Source: an uncultured delta proteobacterium
GTDB lineage: Bacteria; Desulfobacterota; Binatia; UBA9968
NCBI GenBank assembly: GCA_963847445.1
Contig: CAWJZV010000004.1
Coordinates: 203,736 to 267,735, forward strand
DNA length: 64,000 bases
Reading direction: 5' to 3'
Under the pieces are notes generated by a model. The model was not told where the DNA came from. It ran no database searches and was given only the letters and a program-made list of their open reading frames with translations. Positions 1-10,697 of the stretch are shown piece by piece. Positions within the stretch are counted from its first letter, which is position 1. Each line of letters opens with the position of its first letter. A program made the position numbers and the translations under genes.

Positions 1-875
1 TGGATGAACTCGGGAACTTTGTCCTTGGAACCGATCTCCATCAACATGCGCAACACCGCCTCATTGGCGCCGCCATGGAGCGGGCCGTAGAGCGCCGCCG
101 CCGCGCCGGCTACGGACGAATAGGGATCGGGCTGGGAACTGCCGATGCCGCGCATGGCATTGGTGCTGCAGTTCTGTTCATGGTCGGCATGCAAGATGAA
201 GAGTATATCTAATGCGCGTTCGAGCACCGGGTTGGGCTTGTACTTGAGCTCGGTCATCTTGAACAGCATGTTCAGGAAGTTGCCGGTGTAGCTCAAGTCG
301 TTGTCTGGGTAGGAAAACGGTAACCCGAGACTATGGCGGTAGGCGAAGGCCGCCAAGGTCGGCATTTTGCCGACCAATCGATAGGTCTGCTCGCGCCGGT
401 TCTGCGCGTCGAAGATTCTTTTCGCATTGGGGTAAAACGTCGACAACGCGCCCACCGTACTCACCAGCATGCCCATCGGATGGGCGTCGTGATGAAAACC
501 GTCGATGAGCTTTTTGATGTTTTCGTGAATGATCGAATGAAAGGTGACATGGTGCGCGAAGTCGTCCAATTGCGCCTGGGTCGGCAGTTCGCCGTTGAGA
601 ATCAGATAGGCGGTTTCCAAGAACGTGCTCTTCTCGGCGATCTGCTCGATCGGATAGCCGCGGTAGCGCAATATGCCTTTGTCGCCGTCAATGTAGGTAA
701 TCTTGCTTTGACATGACGCCGTGTTCATGAAACCGGGGTCGTAACTGACGATCCCTTCGTCTTCAGAGATTTTGATCTGAAACAAATCCGTCGCCTTGAT
801 GGCACCGTTTTTGATTGGGATCTCGTACTGTTTTCCGGTCCGGTTATCGACAATCGTTAGAGTCTCTGCAGCCAT
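1..875 (-). CDS. gltA: Citrate synthase, 3' end runs off the window
   Basis: Manual translation from ATG at 875: MAAETLTIVDNRTGKQYEIPI...[34 protein letters not shown]...[14 protein letters not shown]...LYGPLHGGANEAV. Missing from the ORF track because its stop lies outside the window. Confidence 0.95.
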   Translation of the reverse strand, partial: MAAETLTIVDNRTGKQYEIPIKNGAIKATDLFQIKISEDEGIVSYDPGFMNTASCQSKITYIDGDKGILRYRGYPIEQIAEKSTFLETAYLILNGELPTQAQLDDFAHHVTFHSIIHENIKKLIDGFHHDAHPMGMLVSTVGALSTFYPNAKRIFDAQNRREQTYRLVGKMPTLAAFAYRHSLGLPFSYPDNDLSYTGNFLNMLFKMTELKYKPNPVLERALDILFILHADHEQNCSTNAMRGIGSSQPDPYSSVAGAAAALYGPLHGGANEAVLRMLMEIGSKDKVPEFI

Positions 876-948
876 TGGAATATACCTTTCACCACCGCTC
901 TCACTTTAGCCTTTTATTAGACCATCGCCATGCGCCGGTCAACTGTGC

Positions 949-1413
949 TCACCGCGGCGCAGCAGAAATCGACCAGCGGAGCTTCCAACCCGCCGGGCAG
1001 CGAGCCACACAGGCGAGCGTCGCCGGCGCAAATTCGATCACCGCCCGCTCGGCGTCGCCGGTAGTTAGTAAACCGGCGAGCCGGCCAAGGTACGGCAAGT
1101 GACTCACCAGCATTAGCGGGCGGTTCGCCGCTTCCAGCTCAGCCCTGGCAATATTTGGATCGTCGTCAGGGCATAGCCCGCCGAGTTCGCGCACGCCCTC
1201 TGCAGGCGCCAGTACCGCGGCGACCAGTTCAGCAGTCTGTTGCGCCCGCAAGATACCGGAATGGTAGATCCAAGCGACCGCCACACCGCGAGCGCTGGCG
1301 CGTTGCGCCAACGCGTTCACTTCGGCGCGCCCTCTTTGCGACAGCGAACGTCGGCCGTCGGGAGTTCCAGACAGCGCCTCGCCGTGGCGCATCAGATAAC
1401 AGTCCACCGCCAA
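949..1413 (-). CDS. sixA: Phosphohistidine phosphatase SixA
   Basis: YLMRHGEA (RHG motif), HSGILRAQQTA, LVSHLPYL; 154 aa. Confidence 0.85.
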   Translation of the reverse strand: MAVDCYLMRHGEALSGTPDGRRSLSQRGRAEVNALAQRASARGVAVAWIYHSGILRAQQTAELVAAVLAPAEGVRELGGLCPDDDPNIARAELEAANRPLMLVSHLPYLGRLAGLLTTGDAERAVIEFAPATLACVARCPAGWKLRWSISAAPR

Positions 1414-1589
1414 CTAAGTCCTCTCTGCTCAGTTCCCCATAACGTCAAAAATTGTTTTGCGGATTGGTCTTTGCAACTATATGACCGCAGATCGGCGCAA
1501 GCGCCAATTATTCTTGCAAAAAGTCGTTGTTGATATAGTATGCCGACCAGCGTTTTGCAATCAAATCGATTCTCCAAGTCTGCATAACC

Positions 1590-2318
1590 GTGATCGAATT
1601 TAGCAAGGTCAACAAATGGTTCGGCGCGCTCCATGTGCTGAGCGACATCGACCTCAGCATCGCTGCCGGGAACGTGGTGGTGGTCTGCGGCCCGAGCGGC
1701 AGCGGCAAAAGCACTCTGATCCGTTGCATCAATCGCCTCGAAACCATCCAATCCGGCGAGATCATCGTCGACGGAATATCATTGTCGGACCCCAAGATCG
1801 ACGCCGCCAAGCTGCGCGCCAACGTCGGCATGGTGTTCCAATCATTCAATCTCTATCCGCACATGACGGTGTTGCAAAATATCACCCTGGCGCCGGTCAA
1901 AGTTAGAAACGTCGCCGCCGCCGATGCCGAAAAAACCGCCAATCAATTGCTGGAGCGCGTCGGCATTCCCGACAAAGCCGATGTCTATCCGGCAAATCTT
2001 TCCGGTGGCCAGCAGCAGCGCGTCGCCATCGCCCGCGCGCTAGCGATGAAGCCCAAGGTCATGCTCTTCGACGAGCCGACCTCGGCCCTCGATCCCGAAA
2101 TGATCAACGAAGTGCTGGAAGTCATGACCGACCTGGCCAAGGACGGCATGACCATGGTGGTGGTCACTCACGAAATGGGCTTTGCCCGGCGCGTCGCCCA
2201 TCGGGTCGTCTTCATGGATCAGGGTAAGATCGTCGAGACCGCCGAACCGGAAACCTTTTTCGCCGAGCCGCAATCGGTCCGAGCGCAACAGTTCTTAAGC
2301 AAAATACTTTCACACTGA
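1590..2318 (+). CDS. Polar amino-acid ABC transporter ATP-binding protein (GlnQ/GltL family)
   Basis: Walker A GPSGSGKS, signature [26 protein letters not shown]. Confidence 0.95.
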   Translation: MIEFSKVNKWFGALHVLSDIDLSIAAGNVVVVCGPSGSGKSTLIRCINRLETIQSGEIIVDGISLSDPKIDAAKLRANVGMVFQSFNLYPHMTVLQNITLAPVKVRNVAAADAEKTANQLLERVGIPDKADVYPANLSGGQQQRVAIARALAMKPKVMLFDEPTSALDPEMINEVLEVMTDLAKDGMTMVVVTHEMGFARRVAHRVVFMDQGKIVETAEPETFFAEPQSVRAQQFLSKILSH

Positions 2319-2329
2319 GGAGCAAATTT

Positions 2330-3187
2330 ATGAAACGATCGTTAGCAATCCTAGCCCTCGCATACGTTCTCATAGCCCTGACTGACGCGGGCCACGCGCA
2401 AAACACCTTGGAGAAAATCGACAAGAGCGGCACACTGACCATCGGCACGCGCAACGGCTCACCGCCGTTCGCTTATATCAACAAAAACAATGACTGGGTT
2501 GGTTTTTCCATCGATCTCGTCGAGCATGCGATTCTACCGGCGTTGAACAAAAAGCTTAACAAACAAATCAAGCTGGAAAAAAAGGAGTCGGCGCCAGCGA
2601 CGCGCATTCCCCTGCTCACCTCCAACGCCGTCGATCTGATCGCCGAGACCATGACCGACACCCAGTCGCGGCGCGACCAAGTCGACTTCAGTTTGACCTT
2701 CTTCGTCACCGGCGCGCAATTCCTCGTGCGCAAAGGCAGCCCGGTGAAGAACATCGAAAGCATCGCCGGCAAACGGATCGCCGCCCAGCAAGGCTCGACC
2801 AACGCCAAAATAATTCGCGAGCGCGTGCCCAGCGCCAAGCTGGTGGAATTCCCCGACCAGCCCGCCGCATTCCAAGCGCTGTCCCAGCGCCAAGTCGATG
2901 CCTACACCAACGACGGCATTCAGCTCGCCGGGTTGAAAGCCAAGGCGCCCAAACCAGATGACTGGGCGGTGGCCGGCGAGTTTTTTTCCTACGAGCCCTA
3001 CGGCATGGCGATGCGCAAGAACGATTCGGACTTTCGCCAAGTCGTCAACGTCGGCCTAATGGATGCGATCGCTTCCGGCCGATACGCGGAAATTTACGAA
3101 AAATGGTTCGGCGCCAAAGGCGAAGTCCCCTACCCGCTGACGCCGGAAAACAAACGCTTCTTACAGCTTCAAGTCGTGCCCAAATAA
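2330..3187 (+). CDS. Polar amino-acid ABC substrate-binding protein (family 3, GltI-like)
   Basis: Signal peptide, PPFAY, RIPLL, SRRDQVDFS, EPYGMAMRK; operon context. Confidence 0.9.
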   Translation: MKRSLAILALAYVLIALTDAGHAQNTLEKIDKSGTLTIGTRNGSPPFAYINKNNDWVGFSIDLVEHAILPALNKKLNKQIKLEKKESAPATRIPLLTSNAVDLIAETMTDTQSRRDQVDFSLTFFVTGAQFLVRKGSPVKNIESIAGKRIAAQQGSTNAKIIRERVPSAKLVEFPDQPAAFQALSQRQVDAYTNDGIQLAGLKAKAPKPDDWAVAGEFFSYEPYGMAMRKNDSDFRQVVNVGLMDAIASGRYAEIYEKWFGAKGEVPYPLTPENKRFLQLQVVPK

Positions 3188-3193
3188 AATACC

Positions 3194-3270
3194 GGAGTGC
3201 TGGAGTACTGGAGTGCTGGTCTTAAAACCCAATACTCCATCACTCCATTACTGCAATTCTCCAGTTCTCC
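3194..3270. repeat. Intergenic imperfect palindrome of 8-nt units (GGAGTRCT / ACTCCA)
   Basis: ggagtgctggagtactggagtgctgg ... ccaatactccatcactccattactgc, between the SBP and first permease genes. Confidence 0.75.
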
Positions 3271-3277
3271 ATCCCCA

Positions 3278-4003
3278 ATGTCCTACAATTTCAACTGGAG
3301 CGTGCTGTGGACCGGCCAGTCGGGCAGCTGGCTGATTCAGGGCGTTCTCACCACACTGCATATTTTCGCTCTCGGACTGCTGATTGCACTCGCTCTCGGA
3401 ATCGTTGCCGGCGCGTTACGGACCATGCCGTTTGCGCCGCTGCGCTGGCTCGCCAGCGGCTATGTCGAATTTTTTCGCAACGTGCCGCTATTGGTCTGGA
3501 TGTTTTTCTGGTATTTCGGCGTGCCGCCTTTGTTGCCGCAGGCGATTCAGAACTGGCTCTTCGATCACGGCGTGGAATTCTGGGCCGGAGTCTTCGCGAT
3601 CGGTGTCTACCACGGCGCGCGCTTTTCTGAAGTCATCCGCGCCGGCATTCAATCGATTCCCAAGACCCAGTTAGAAGCCGCCCTGTCCACCGGACTGACC
3701 ATCGGTCAAGCCTATCGATTGATCATCGTGCCCATCGCCCTGCGCTTGATCATCCCGCCGGCAACCAATGAAATTGTCAACCTGCTCAAGAACTCCTCGG
3801 TGGCATTGACCATCGGCGTCGCCGAGCTGACCTTTCAAACCCGCCAGATTGAAACCTACACAGCCAGGGCCTTCGAAGCGTTGGCCGCCGGCACGATCAT
3901 ATATTTAATCCTCTGTCTCGCCATCGCTTCGATCATGGCCGGCGTCGAGCGGCGCGTCGCTATCCCCGGCATGATCGCCCAAGGACAGACCGGAGCGTCC
4001 TAA
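3278..4003 (+). CDS. Amino-acid ABC permease (HisM/GlnP family)
   Basis: YVEFFRNVPLLV, SEVIRAGIQSIPKTQLEAA, NLLKNSS; likely start ATG 3278 (MSYNFNW), with the longer ORF start lying in the repeat. Confidence 0.92.
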   Translation: MSYNFNWSVLWTGQSGSWLIQGVLTTLHIFALGLLIALALGIVAGALRTMPFAPLRWLASGYVEFFRNVPLLVWMFFWYFGVPPLLPQAIQNWLFDHGVEFWAGVFAIGVYHGARFSEVIRAGIQSIPKTQLEAALSTGLTIGQAYRLIIVPIALRLIIPPATNEIVNLLKNSSVALTIGVAELTFQTRQIETYTARAFEALAAGTIIYLILCLAIASIMAGVERRVAIPGMIAQGQTGAS

Positions 4004-4004
4004 A

Positions 4005-4679
4005 ATGGATTTCTCGGTCGTCACCGACAACTTCGTCTTTCTGATCGCCCAAGGATTTCTCGGTATCGGCGCCTTCACCGGCGGGACGTTGCGGCTGGCC
4101 GTTCCGGCGATCGTCCTAGGTTTTATTCTCGGCACCCTGGTTGGCCTGGCGCGCCTGTCACAAAGCCGCTGGCTGCACTGGCCGGCGAAAGTTTATATCG
4201 AGTTCTTCCGCGGCGTGCCGCTGGTCATGGTGATCTTTTGGTTCTGGTTCATCGTCCCGACCTTGGCTGGGAAATCTCTGCCGGAGTACGCGGTGGCACT
4301 GACCGCCTTTGTGATTTTCGAAGCCGCCTACCTGGCGGAAATCGTCCGCGCCGGCATCCAATCGGTGCCACGCGGCCAAGTCGAAGCCGCCACCGCCACC
4401 GGCCTCTCGCAGCATCAACTGATGCGCCATGTCATCCTGCCTCAAGCCCTGCGCAACATGATCCCCGCCCTGGTGACCCAATTCATCGTTCTGTTGAAAG
4501 ACACATCCCTGGCATCGATCATCGGCTATGTCGACCTCACCAAAGCCGCCCAGATCGTCAACAATCGCGAGATCCGCCCCTTCGAACTCTATCTCTTCAT
4601 CGCCATTGTCTATTGGCTATGCAGCTACGCCATGTCGCGCTACGCGCAACGCTTAGAATCGCGGCTGGCGTCGCACTAG
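4005..4679 (+). CDS. Amino-acid ABC permease (second subunit)
   Basis: YIEFFRGVPL, AEIVRAGIQSVPRGQVEAA, LLKDTSL. Confidence 0.93.
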   Translation: MDFSVVTDNFVFLIAQGFLGIGAFTGGTLRLAVPAIVLGFILGTLVGLARLSQSRWLHWPAKVYIEFFRGVPLVMVIFWFWFIVPTLAGKSLPEYAVALTAFVIFEAAYLAEIVRAGIQSVPRGQVEAATATGLSQHQLMRHVILPQALRNMIPALVTQFIVLLKDTSLASIIGYVDLTKAAQIVNNREIRPFELYLFIAIVYWLCSYAMSRYAQRLESRLASH

Positions 4680-4906
4680 AGCCTGCTAGGCATTCGCTCA
4701 TCGTGCTTTCTCGTTATGGATCGCGACAAATGTTTTCAATGGTGATGATCACACGAATGCACTACAATCATCGGTTGGCGCTTCGCTAACGGAGAGGGTC
4801 CACGGCTGATAGACTCGCCGGTCACGCCCCAATTGGCATCGCTTACATAGCCAGGCTGTAAACCGATCATCGCTCCAACGGAATTATCGCGAGAGAGGGA
4901 AATGCA

Positions 4907-5864
4907 TTGAAAGCTATCAAATTAACGAGTGCTGCGGTATTTACCGCGTTCGCCTGTTTCGCCTACATGTACCTAAACGATTTACCGAGACTCGCTCTCG
5001 TGTACCGGTGCTGGCGACAAGCGGTAAACATTTCAGCGTGCTATGGCGAGAAAAGTTTTGATTTCACCGCTGATCTTAACGGCGTCCGTTACCAAGGAAA
5101 CACCGGCAATCTTATCGACAAGAACATCTTTTATTATGGGGCTTTCGAAAAGCCGGTGTTATTTTTCCTGCGGGACATTATGACATCGGCGTATTCTGAC
5201 CAAGGGGTCTTTCTCGATATCGGCGCCAACACCGGACAACATTCCCTCTTCATGTCCCGCCATGCTAAAGAAATCCACGCATTCGAGCCATGGGAGCCTG
5301 TGTTAAAAAGACTACGCCGGCACGTTGAAATCAATCGTCTCAAAAACGTCGTGATTCACCCGTTTGGACTAGGAGATAAAAACTCCAGGCAGCTGTTTTA
5401 TCGTCCCCCGGACTCTAATCTAGGCACGGGCTCGTTCGTTAAAGAATTCGCCTCGACAAACTCACCGGAAAGCATTTTAGAAATTCGCGTCGGCGACGAG
5501 GTGCTTGAAACGGCGGGCGTCACCTCGGTGGCCCTGATCAAGATGGACATCGAGGGTTACGAAAAACTGGCTCTCAAGGGGCTAGAGCGCACCTCTGCGC
5601 AGACACCGACCGATTGTCGAATTTGAACTTTCCTCAGATCCTCAGAGTCCGGTTAGCGTTAAGAGCCCCGAAGAGCTTCGATCTCTGTTTCCGGAGAACT
5701 ATGAATTCCTGACATTCGCTGCGCACAGCAACCCAACCACTGGAGTCTATGTTTTGGAGCCCATCGCCGGATTGCTAAGGTTTGATAAGTTCGAGCAGCA
5801 TGACATCGTTGCCTACCCGATCGAAAAGAAAAACTTCATAGTGCGCCAGCGAACCACCCTCTAA
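4907..5864 (+). CDS. FkbM-family SAM methyltransferase (1-nt frameshift near 5593)
   Basis: FLDIGANTG, HAFEP, LIKMDIEGYE; the other frame continues LRRHRPIVEFEL... to TAA 5862-5864. Confidence 0.8.
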
Positions 5865-5948
5865 CCCGTCTCATCGCCGAGGCCTACTAGGGCTAAAGAC
5901 CGACCGCGCAACGAAGAATTAACTTGACGAATTCTCGCGCCTTGCAGT

Positions 5949-6923
5949 ATGGCTCCGGAAGTTAATAAGCCATGCTCTTCCTCAAGAACACCCCCATCGA
6001 TCGAGATTCTCTCGATGGCTGAAATGATCGACGTCATCGAGGACACCTTGAAAGAGGCCGCCTCTGGGCGCGGCTTTGAGCTGCCTAGGCGGCGCATTCA
6101 CCATCCCAATCGGATGATTTTCGGCATCCTGCCCGGCTCGGTTCACGGCGCCATGGGCGCTTATATCCAAACGGACTTAGACCGCAAGATTCACCACGAA
6201 AATGTCATGATCTTCAGCGCCGAGAGCGGCGCGCCGCTGATCCTGTTTCAGGACTGCTCGATCAACGAATACCGTACCGGCGCTGCCGGCGGCCTCGGCG
6301 CGAAATATCTGGCGCGCGCTGACGCCACCCGGGTCGCGGTTTTGGGTAGCTCGGTGCATGCCGAGACTCAACTCAAGGCCGTCGCCGCCGTCAGAAAATT
6401 GACGGAAGCCTGGGTTTTTAGCCCGACGTCCGAGCGGCGCGCGGCTTTTGCCGTCAAAATGGGCCGCGAATTAAAAATTCCACTCCACGTTGCCGAAAGC
6501 GCTGAAGAAGCGCTGGAAAGTGCCGATGTGCTGATTACAGCGACGAATTCACCGACGCCGGTCTTCGACGGCAGCAGTTTAAAGGAAGGCATGCATATTA
6601 CCTCCATCGCCAACGGCGATAAGACGCGCAGGCGCCAGGAGCTCGATGACCGGGTCCTGTGCCGGGCCGAGACGATATTCGTGACCTCCAAGGAGACGGT
6701 CTGCGTCAACGAAAGCGATATTTTCCGCGCCGTGCGCGATCAAGTAATCGCTTGGGACAAAGTCCACGAAATCTCGAGCCTGTTGCTCGGCCAAGTGGCG
6801 GGCCGTAGCGACGATCGGCAAATCACTCTATTCAAACTGCAGGGAACCGGCATCATGGACGTCGCCATCGGGCTCAAAGCCTACGAACGGGTCAAGCATA
6901 GCGGGCTAGCACAAGTACTTTGA
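5949..6923 (+). CDS. Ornithine cyclodeaminase / mu-crystallin family protein
   Basis: RTGAAGGLGAKYLAR, VLGSSVHAETQL, ADVLITATNS, ITLFKLQGTGIMDVA. Confidence 0.85.
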   Translation: MAPEVNKPCSSSRTPPSIEILSMAEMIDVIEDTLKEAASGRGFELPRRRIHHPNRMIFGILPGSVHGAMGAYIQTDLDRKIHHENVMIFSAESGAPLILFQDCSINEYRTGAAGGLGAKYLARADATRVAVLGSSVHAETQLKAVAAVRKLTEAWVFSPTSERRAAFAVKMGRELKIPLHVAESAEEALESADVLITATNSPTPVFDGSSLKEGMHITSIANGDKTRRRQELDDRVLCRAETIFVTSKETVCVNESDIFRAVRDQVIAWDKVHEISSLLLGQVAGRSDDRQITLFKLQGTGIMDVAIGLKAYERVKHSGLAQVL

Positions 6924-6949
6924 CGACACGACAACGCTGAGGCAATCCA

Positions 6950-8362
6950 ATGGCACACTATGACATGCTGGTGATCGGCTCCGGCCCGGCCGGCCAGAAG
7001 GCCGCGATCCAGGCCGCTAAAGTCGGCAAAAAAGTCGCCATCGTCGAACGCAAAAAAGTCGTCGGCGGCATCTGCATCAACTCCGGCACGATCCCGAGCA
7101 AATCGCTGCGCGAAGCGGTGCTGTTCCTTTCCGGATTCAGACAGCGCAACCTTTACGGCGCCAGCTACCGGGTCAAAAAAGATATCACTTTCGAGGACCT
7201 CGCCCAGCGCTGCGACCATGTCGTCAAAGCCGAGCAAGAAGTGATTCAAAGTCAACTGATCCGCAACTCGGTGGATTTTATCGTCGGCGCCGCATCCTTC
7301 CTCGATCCGCACCGAATACAGATCAAACACGAATGCGAAACCAACGAACACACGGCGGACTACGTGGTCATCGGCGTCGGCACCGAGCCGGCGCGCCCCG
7401 CGGATATTCCCTTCGACGACGATTTGATCATCGACAGCGATGGCCTGTTATCGTTGAAACGGCTGCCGAAGTCCTTAACCATCGTCGGCGCCGGCGTTAT
7501 CGGCTGCGAGTATGCCTGCATCCTGGCAACTCTGGGGATTCCCGTGGTGCTGGTCGAGAAACGGCCACGCCTGCTCGAATTCGTCGATAGCGAGATTATC
7601 GAATCGTTGCAATATCAGATGCGCAACATCGGCATCACACTGCGGCTCAATGAAGAAGTCATTGGCGTGAGCAAGGGGGCCGACAACGTCATCGTGCTGC
7701 AACTGAAGAGCGGCAAACAGATTCGCTCGCCCCTGCTGGTCTATTCAGCGGGCCGCATCGGCGCCACCAAGAACCTCGGCCTGGAAAAGCTCGGCGTGGA
7801 AGCTGACGAGCGCGGCCGCTTGAAAGTCAACGAGAACTTTCAGACAACCCTGAGTCATATCTATGCGGTCGGCGACGTCGTTGGCTTTCCGGCCTTGGCG
7901 TCAACCTCGATGCAGCAAGGCCGCCACGCCGCCTGCCACGCTTTCAGCCTCGCCTGCGACACCTCGACCCACTTGCTGCCCTACGGCATCTACGCAATTC
8001 CAGAGATCTCCATGGTCGGCCGCAACGAAGAGGAACTCACCCGCGACGGCGTGCCCTATGAGATCGGCGTCGCCCGCTACCGCGAGATCGCCCGCGGCCA
8101 GATCATCGGCGACACCGTCGGCATGCTCAAGTTGCTGGTTCACACCGAGACCAGGGAACTATTGGGCGTCCATGTGATCGGCGAAGGCGCCACCGAGCTG
8201 ATCCACATCGGCCAGGCCGTCATGGCCCTGGGCGGCAAACTCGAATATTTTGTCGACACGGTTTTCAACTATCCGACCTTGGCCGAGTGCTACAAGGTCG
8301 CCGCGCTGGCGGCGATGAATAAGCTCCCGGCCAACGGCGCATGCAGCGTGTTACCGCATTGA
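6950..8362 (+). CDS. sthA: Soluble pyridine nucleotide transhydrogenase
   Basis: GSGPAGQKAAIQAAK, GGICINSGTIPSKSLREA, GAGVIGCEYA, GFPALASTSMQQGR, FNYPTLAECYKVAAL. Confidence 0.93.
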   Translation: MAHYDMLVIGSGPAGQKAAIQAAKVGKKVAIVERKKVVGGICINSGTIPSKSLREAVLFLSGFRQRNLYGASYRVKKDITFEDLAQRCDHVVKAEQEVIQSQLIRNSVDFIVGAASFLDPHRIQIKHECETNEHTADYVVIGVGTEPARPADIPFDDDLIIDSDGLLSLKRLPKSLTIVGAGVIGCEYACILATLGIPVVLVEKRPRLLEFVDSEIIESLQYQMRNIGITLRLNEEVIGVSKGADNVIVLQLKSGKQIRSPLLVYSAGRIGATKNLGLEKLGVEADERGRLKVNENFQTTLSHIYAVGDVVGFPALASTSMQQGRHAACHAFSLACDTSTHLLPYGIYAIPEISMVGRNEEELTRDGVPYEIGVARYREIARGQIIGDTVGMLKLLVHTETRELLGVHVIGEGATELIHIGQAVMALGGKLEYFVDTVFNYPTLAECYKVAALAAMNKLPANGACSVLPH

Positions 8363-8393
8363 GACTGGCTCGCTGAGATTCAAAAGCCGGGCC

Positions 8394-8792
8394 TCAACCC
8401 ATCGTCGATATTTTCTGCGGACGGATCTTATAAATCACCCGCACTTCCCCGGGAGCGCGAAACGGGTAGCTATCTTTGCCCAGGTAATGTTTGGCCAAGG
8501 CATCGATATGGGCGTCGGCGCCGCTTTCAGTGATCTCCTCGACTTCGCCTTGAATCGCCAGATAGCGATAGGCGTTGTCGGGATCTTGGATCGACAGAGC
8601 GACTTGCTTGTTGCGCCGCATGTTCTTGTCCTTGAGCCGGCCCTTCGCCGAGTTGACCCAGATATGCGTGCCGTCGTAGCTGTACCACACCGGCGTTACC
8701 TGCGGGCTGCCGTCCGCCATCACGGTACCGAGGTGAGCGAAAGTGACTTTTGTAAACAAATCTTTAAAAGGTTCAGGGATCGTCGCGGCCAT
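8394..8792 (-). CDS. PPOX-class F420-dependent oxidoreductase
   Basis: TVMADGSPQVTPVW, GRLKDKNMRRNKQVALSI, HIDALAKHYLG. Confidence 0.88.
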   Translation of the reverse strand: MAATIPEPFKDLFTKVTFAHLGTVMADGSPQVTPVWYSYDGTHIWVNSAKGRLKDKNMRRNKQVALSIQDPDNAYRYLAIQGEVEEITESGADAHIDALAKHYLGKDSYPFRAPGEVRVIYKIRPQKISTMG

Positions 8793-8824
8793 GACCTACC
8801 TCCAGTTTCGGTTTATAAAGAAAT

Positions 8825-9472
8825 TCAGCAAAAATAATCGGACAAAGCAACGAGACTGTCGATGGTGAATTCTGGGCGCGCAGCGCGCAGCGCGTCTTGG
8901 TTGCCCAAGCCATAGGTCACGCCGCAGGTGATCACACCGGCGCGCTTGCCGGCTTCGATATCGGTATCGCCGTCGCCGACAATCAACGCGTTGGCGGGCG
9001 CGATGTGAAACTGCTGCAAAACCGACTGCAACATCGCCGGATGAGGTTTTTTCTCGGCGACACTATCGCCGCCCAGGATCGCATCGAACTCCGCCGCCAC
9101 GCCTAACCCTTGCACCACGGCCACCGTGAGCCGGTGTATCTTGTTGCTCACCACGGCGCGCCGCTTGCCGCGAAAGTAACGTAAAACTTCCGCCACTCCG
9201 GGATAAAGCACGGTGCGATCGAGCAGGTGACTTTCATACCGTTCGAGAAACACCTGCATGATTGCGCGAAAGTTCGCCTCCCCAGCGTCGGGTAGGGAAT
9301 GCTTGAGCAAATGCTCCACGCCGCGGCCGACGTTGGCGTACACCGCCGGCGCCGGCAACGGCGGCAGGTTAAAATGCCCGCGCGTAAAATTAACCGAGTC
9401 GGCCAGGTCATGGCCGGTATCGGCCAGGGTGCCGTCGAGGTCGAACATCACCAGATCAACGGATTTTTTCAT
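8825..9472 (-). CDS. HAD-family hydrolase, phosphoglycolate phosphatase-like
   Basis: FDLDGTLADT, VVSNK, KKPHP, VGDGDTDIEAG. Confidence 0.88.
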   Translation of the reverse strand: MKKSVDLVMFDLDGTLADTGHDLADSVNFTRGHFNLPPLPAPAVYANVGRGVEHLLKHSLPDAGEANFRAIMQVFLERYESHLLDRTVLYPGVAEVLRYFRGKRRAVVSNKIHRLTVAVVQGLGVAAEFDAILGGDSVAEKKPHPAMLQSVLQQFHIAPANALIVGDGDTDIEAGKRAGVITCGVTYGLGNQDALRAARPEFTIDSLVALSDYFC

Positions 9473-9588
9473 CAGGGCCGATTGAAATTGAATCTGGCCG
9501 CGAAGTCAACGTGCCAGCCTTTGTTTCAACCTACCAGTTGTTGTACTGTTGTCAGGGGCGATCCCACCATCGGTTTTGGAGGTCCGGA

Positions 9589-10587
9589 ATGAAACATGTT
9601 TCGCAAATTTTTGCCCTTTGGAGCGTCATCACCGTAATCCAATTTGCCGCGCAAACTAGCTTTGCTGCGGACAAGCTCAACACCGCATATATCTCGACCA
9701 CGCCGGGAACATCGACGGTGATCCAGGTCGCCAAGGAAGCTCGCCTGTTCGACAAACATGGCATCGACGCCACCGTTATTTTCATTTCCGGCAGCGTGCG
9801 CGGCATCCAGTCAATTCTCGCAGGAGAAATTCCCATCGGCGAAGGCGGCGGCCCCGGTCTGGCCAGCGCGCGGCTCGCCGGCGGCGATGTCGTCGCCATC
9901 GCCGGCAACGTCAACGTGTTGCCCTATTATTTAGTTTCCCATCCGAGCATCAAACGGCATGAAGATTTGAAAGGTAAGATCGGCGGCACTCATATCGCCG
10001 GCACCACCGCCGAGTTCGCCTTGAAAGTGGGGCTGAAACGCATCGGTCTCGACCCGCTCAAAGATGTCAGCTTGCGCGTCATCGGCGGCGCCATCGAGCG
10101 CATGGTGGCGCTGCAAAAAGGCATCGTCCAGTTCACCGTGGTTACCGAAGCCGGCAAATCTCAGGCCGAGAGACTCGGCTATCCGACGGTGGTCGACATG
10201 GTCACCCTGCAAATCCCCTTTCCGCAGAACGGCATTTATACATCGACAAAGCTGATCCGCGAAAACCCCGACCTGGTGCGCCGCTACATGCGCGCCTACG
10301 TCGAGGCGCTGCACTTCTATAAAACCCATAAGGAAGACACCTTGAAGTTCATGCGCAAATACTCTCGCATCGATGACCGCCGCATGCTCGATGAAGCGTG
10401 GGATTGGCACGCCAAGTTCATGCCCGAAGCGCCCTACCCGCCCGCCGACGGCTATCAACTGGTGCTGCAAGATTTAGCCGAGAAGAATCCCAAAGCCGCC
10501 CAGGCCAACGTGAAAGATTACATCGACACGCGCTTTGTGAAGGAACTGGAAGACTCGGGGTTTATTAAAAGCCTTTATCGTCGATAA
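9589..10587 (+). CDS. ABC substrate-binding protein, SsuA/NMT1-like, no cognate permease nearby
   Basis: Signal peptide from ATG 9589, LFDKHGIDAT, DLKGKIGG, ENPDLVRRYMRAYVEAL, IDTRFVKELEDSGFI. Confidence 0.85.
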   Translation: MKHVSQIFALWSVITVIQFAAQTSFAADKLNTAYISTTPGTSTVIQVAKEARLFDKHGIDATVIFISGSVRGIQSILAGEIPIGEGGGPGLASARLAGGDVVAIAGNVNVLPYYLVSHPSIKRHEDLKGKIGGTHIAGTTAEFALKVGLKRIGLDPLKDVSLRVIGGAIERMVALQKGIVQFTVVTEAGKSQAERLGYPTVVDMVTLQIPFPQNGIYTSTKLIRENPDLVRRYMRAYVEALHFYKTHKEDTLKFMRKYSRIDDRRMLDEAWDWHAKFMPEAPYPPADGYQLVLQDLAEKNPKAAQANVKDYIDTRFVKELEDSGFIKSLYRR

Positions 10588-10592
10588 AGGCT

Positions 10593-10696
10593 GGTTCAAA
10601 TCGTTCAAGCAGTTCAAGTCGTTCAAAACGTCAGAAGTTCGGAGGCTTTCATCCGAGGCATTCTACGGCTTGAACGATTTGAACGTTTTGAACGGT
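10593..10696. repeat. Palindromic element of 9-nt units (GTTCAA.../...TTGAAC) between convergent genes
   Basis: ggttcaaatcgttcaagcagttcaagtcgttcaaaacg ... cttgaacgatttgaacgttttgaacgg. Confidence 0.8.
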
Positions 10697-10697
10697 T

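Noticed and set aside
4680-4900. Possible IS remnant or ncRNA upstream of the FkbM gene
   Set aside because: No terminal inverted repeats, transposase fragment or recognisable RNA motif.
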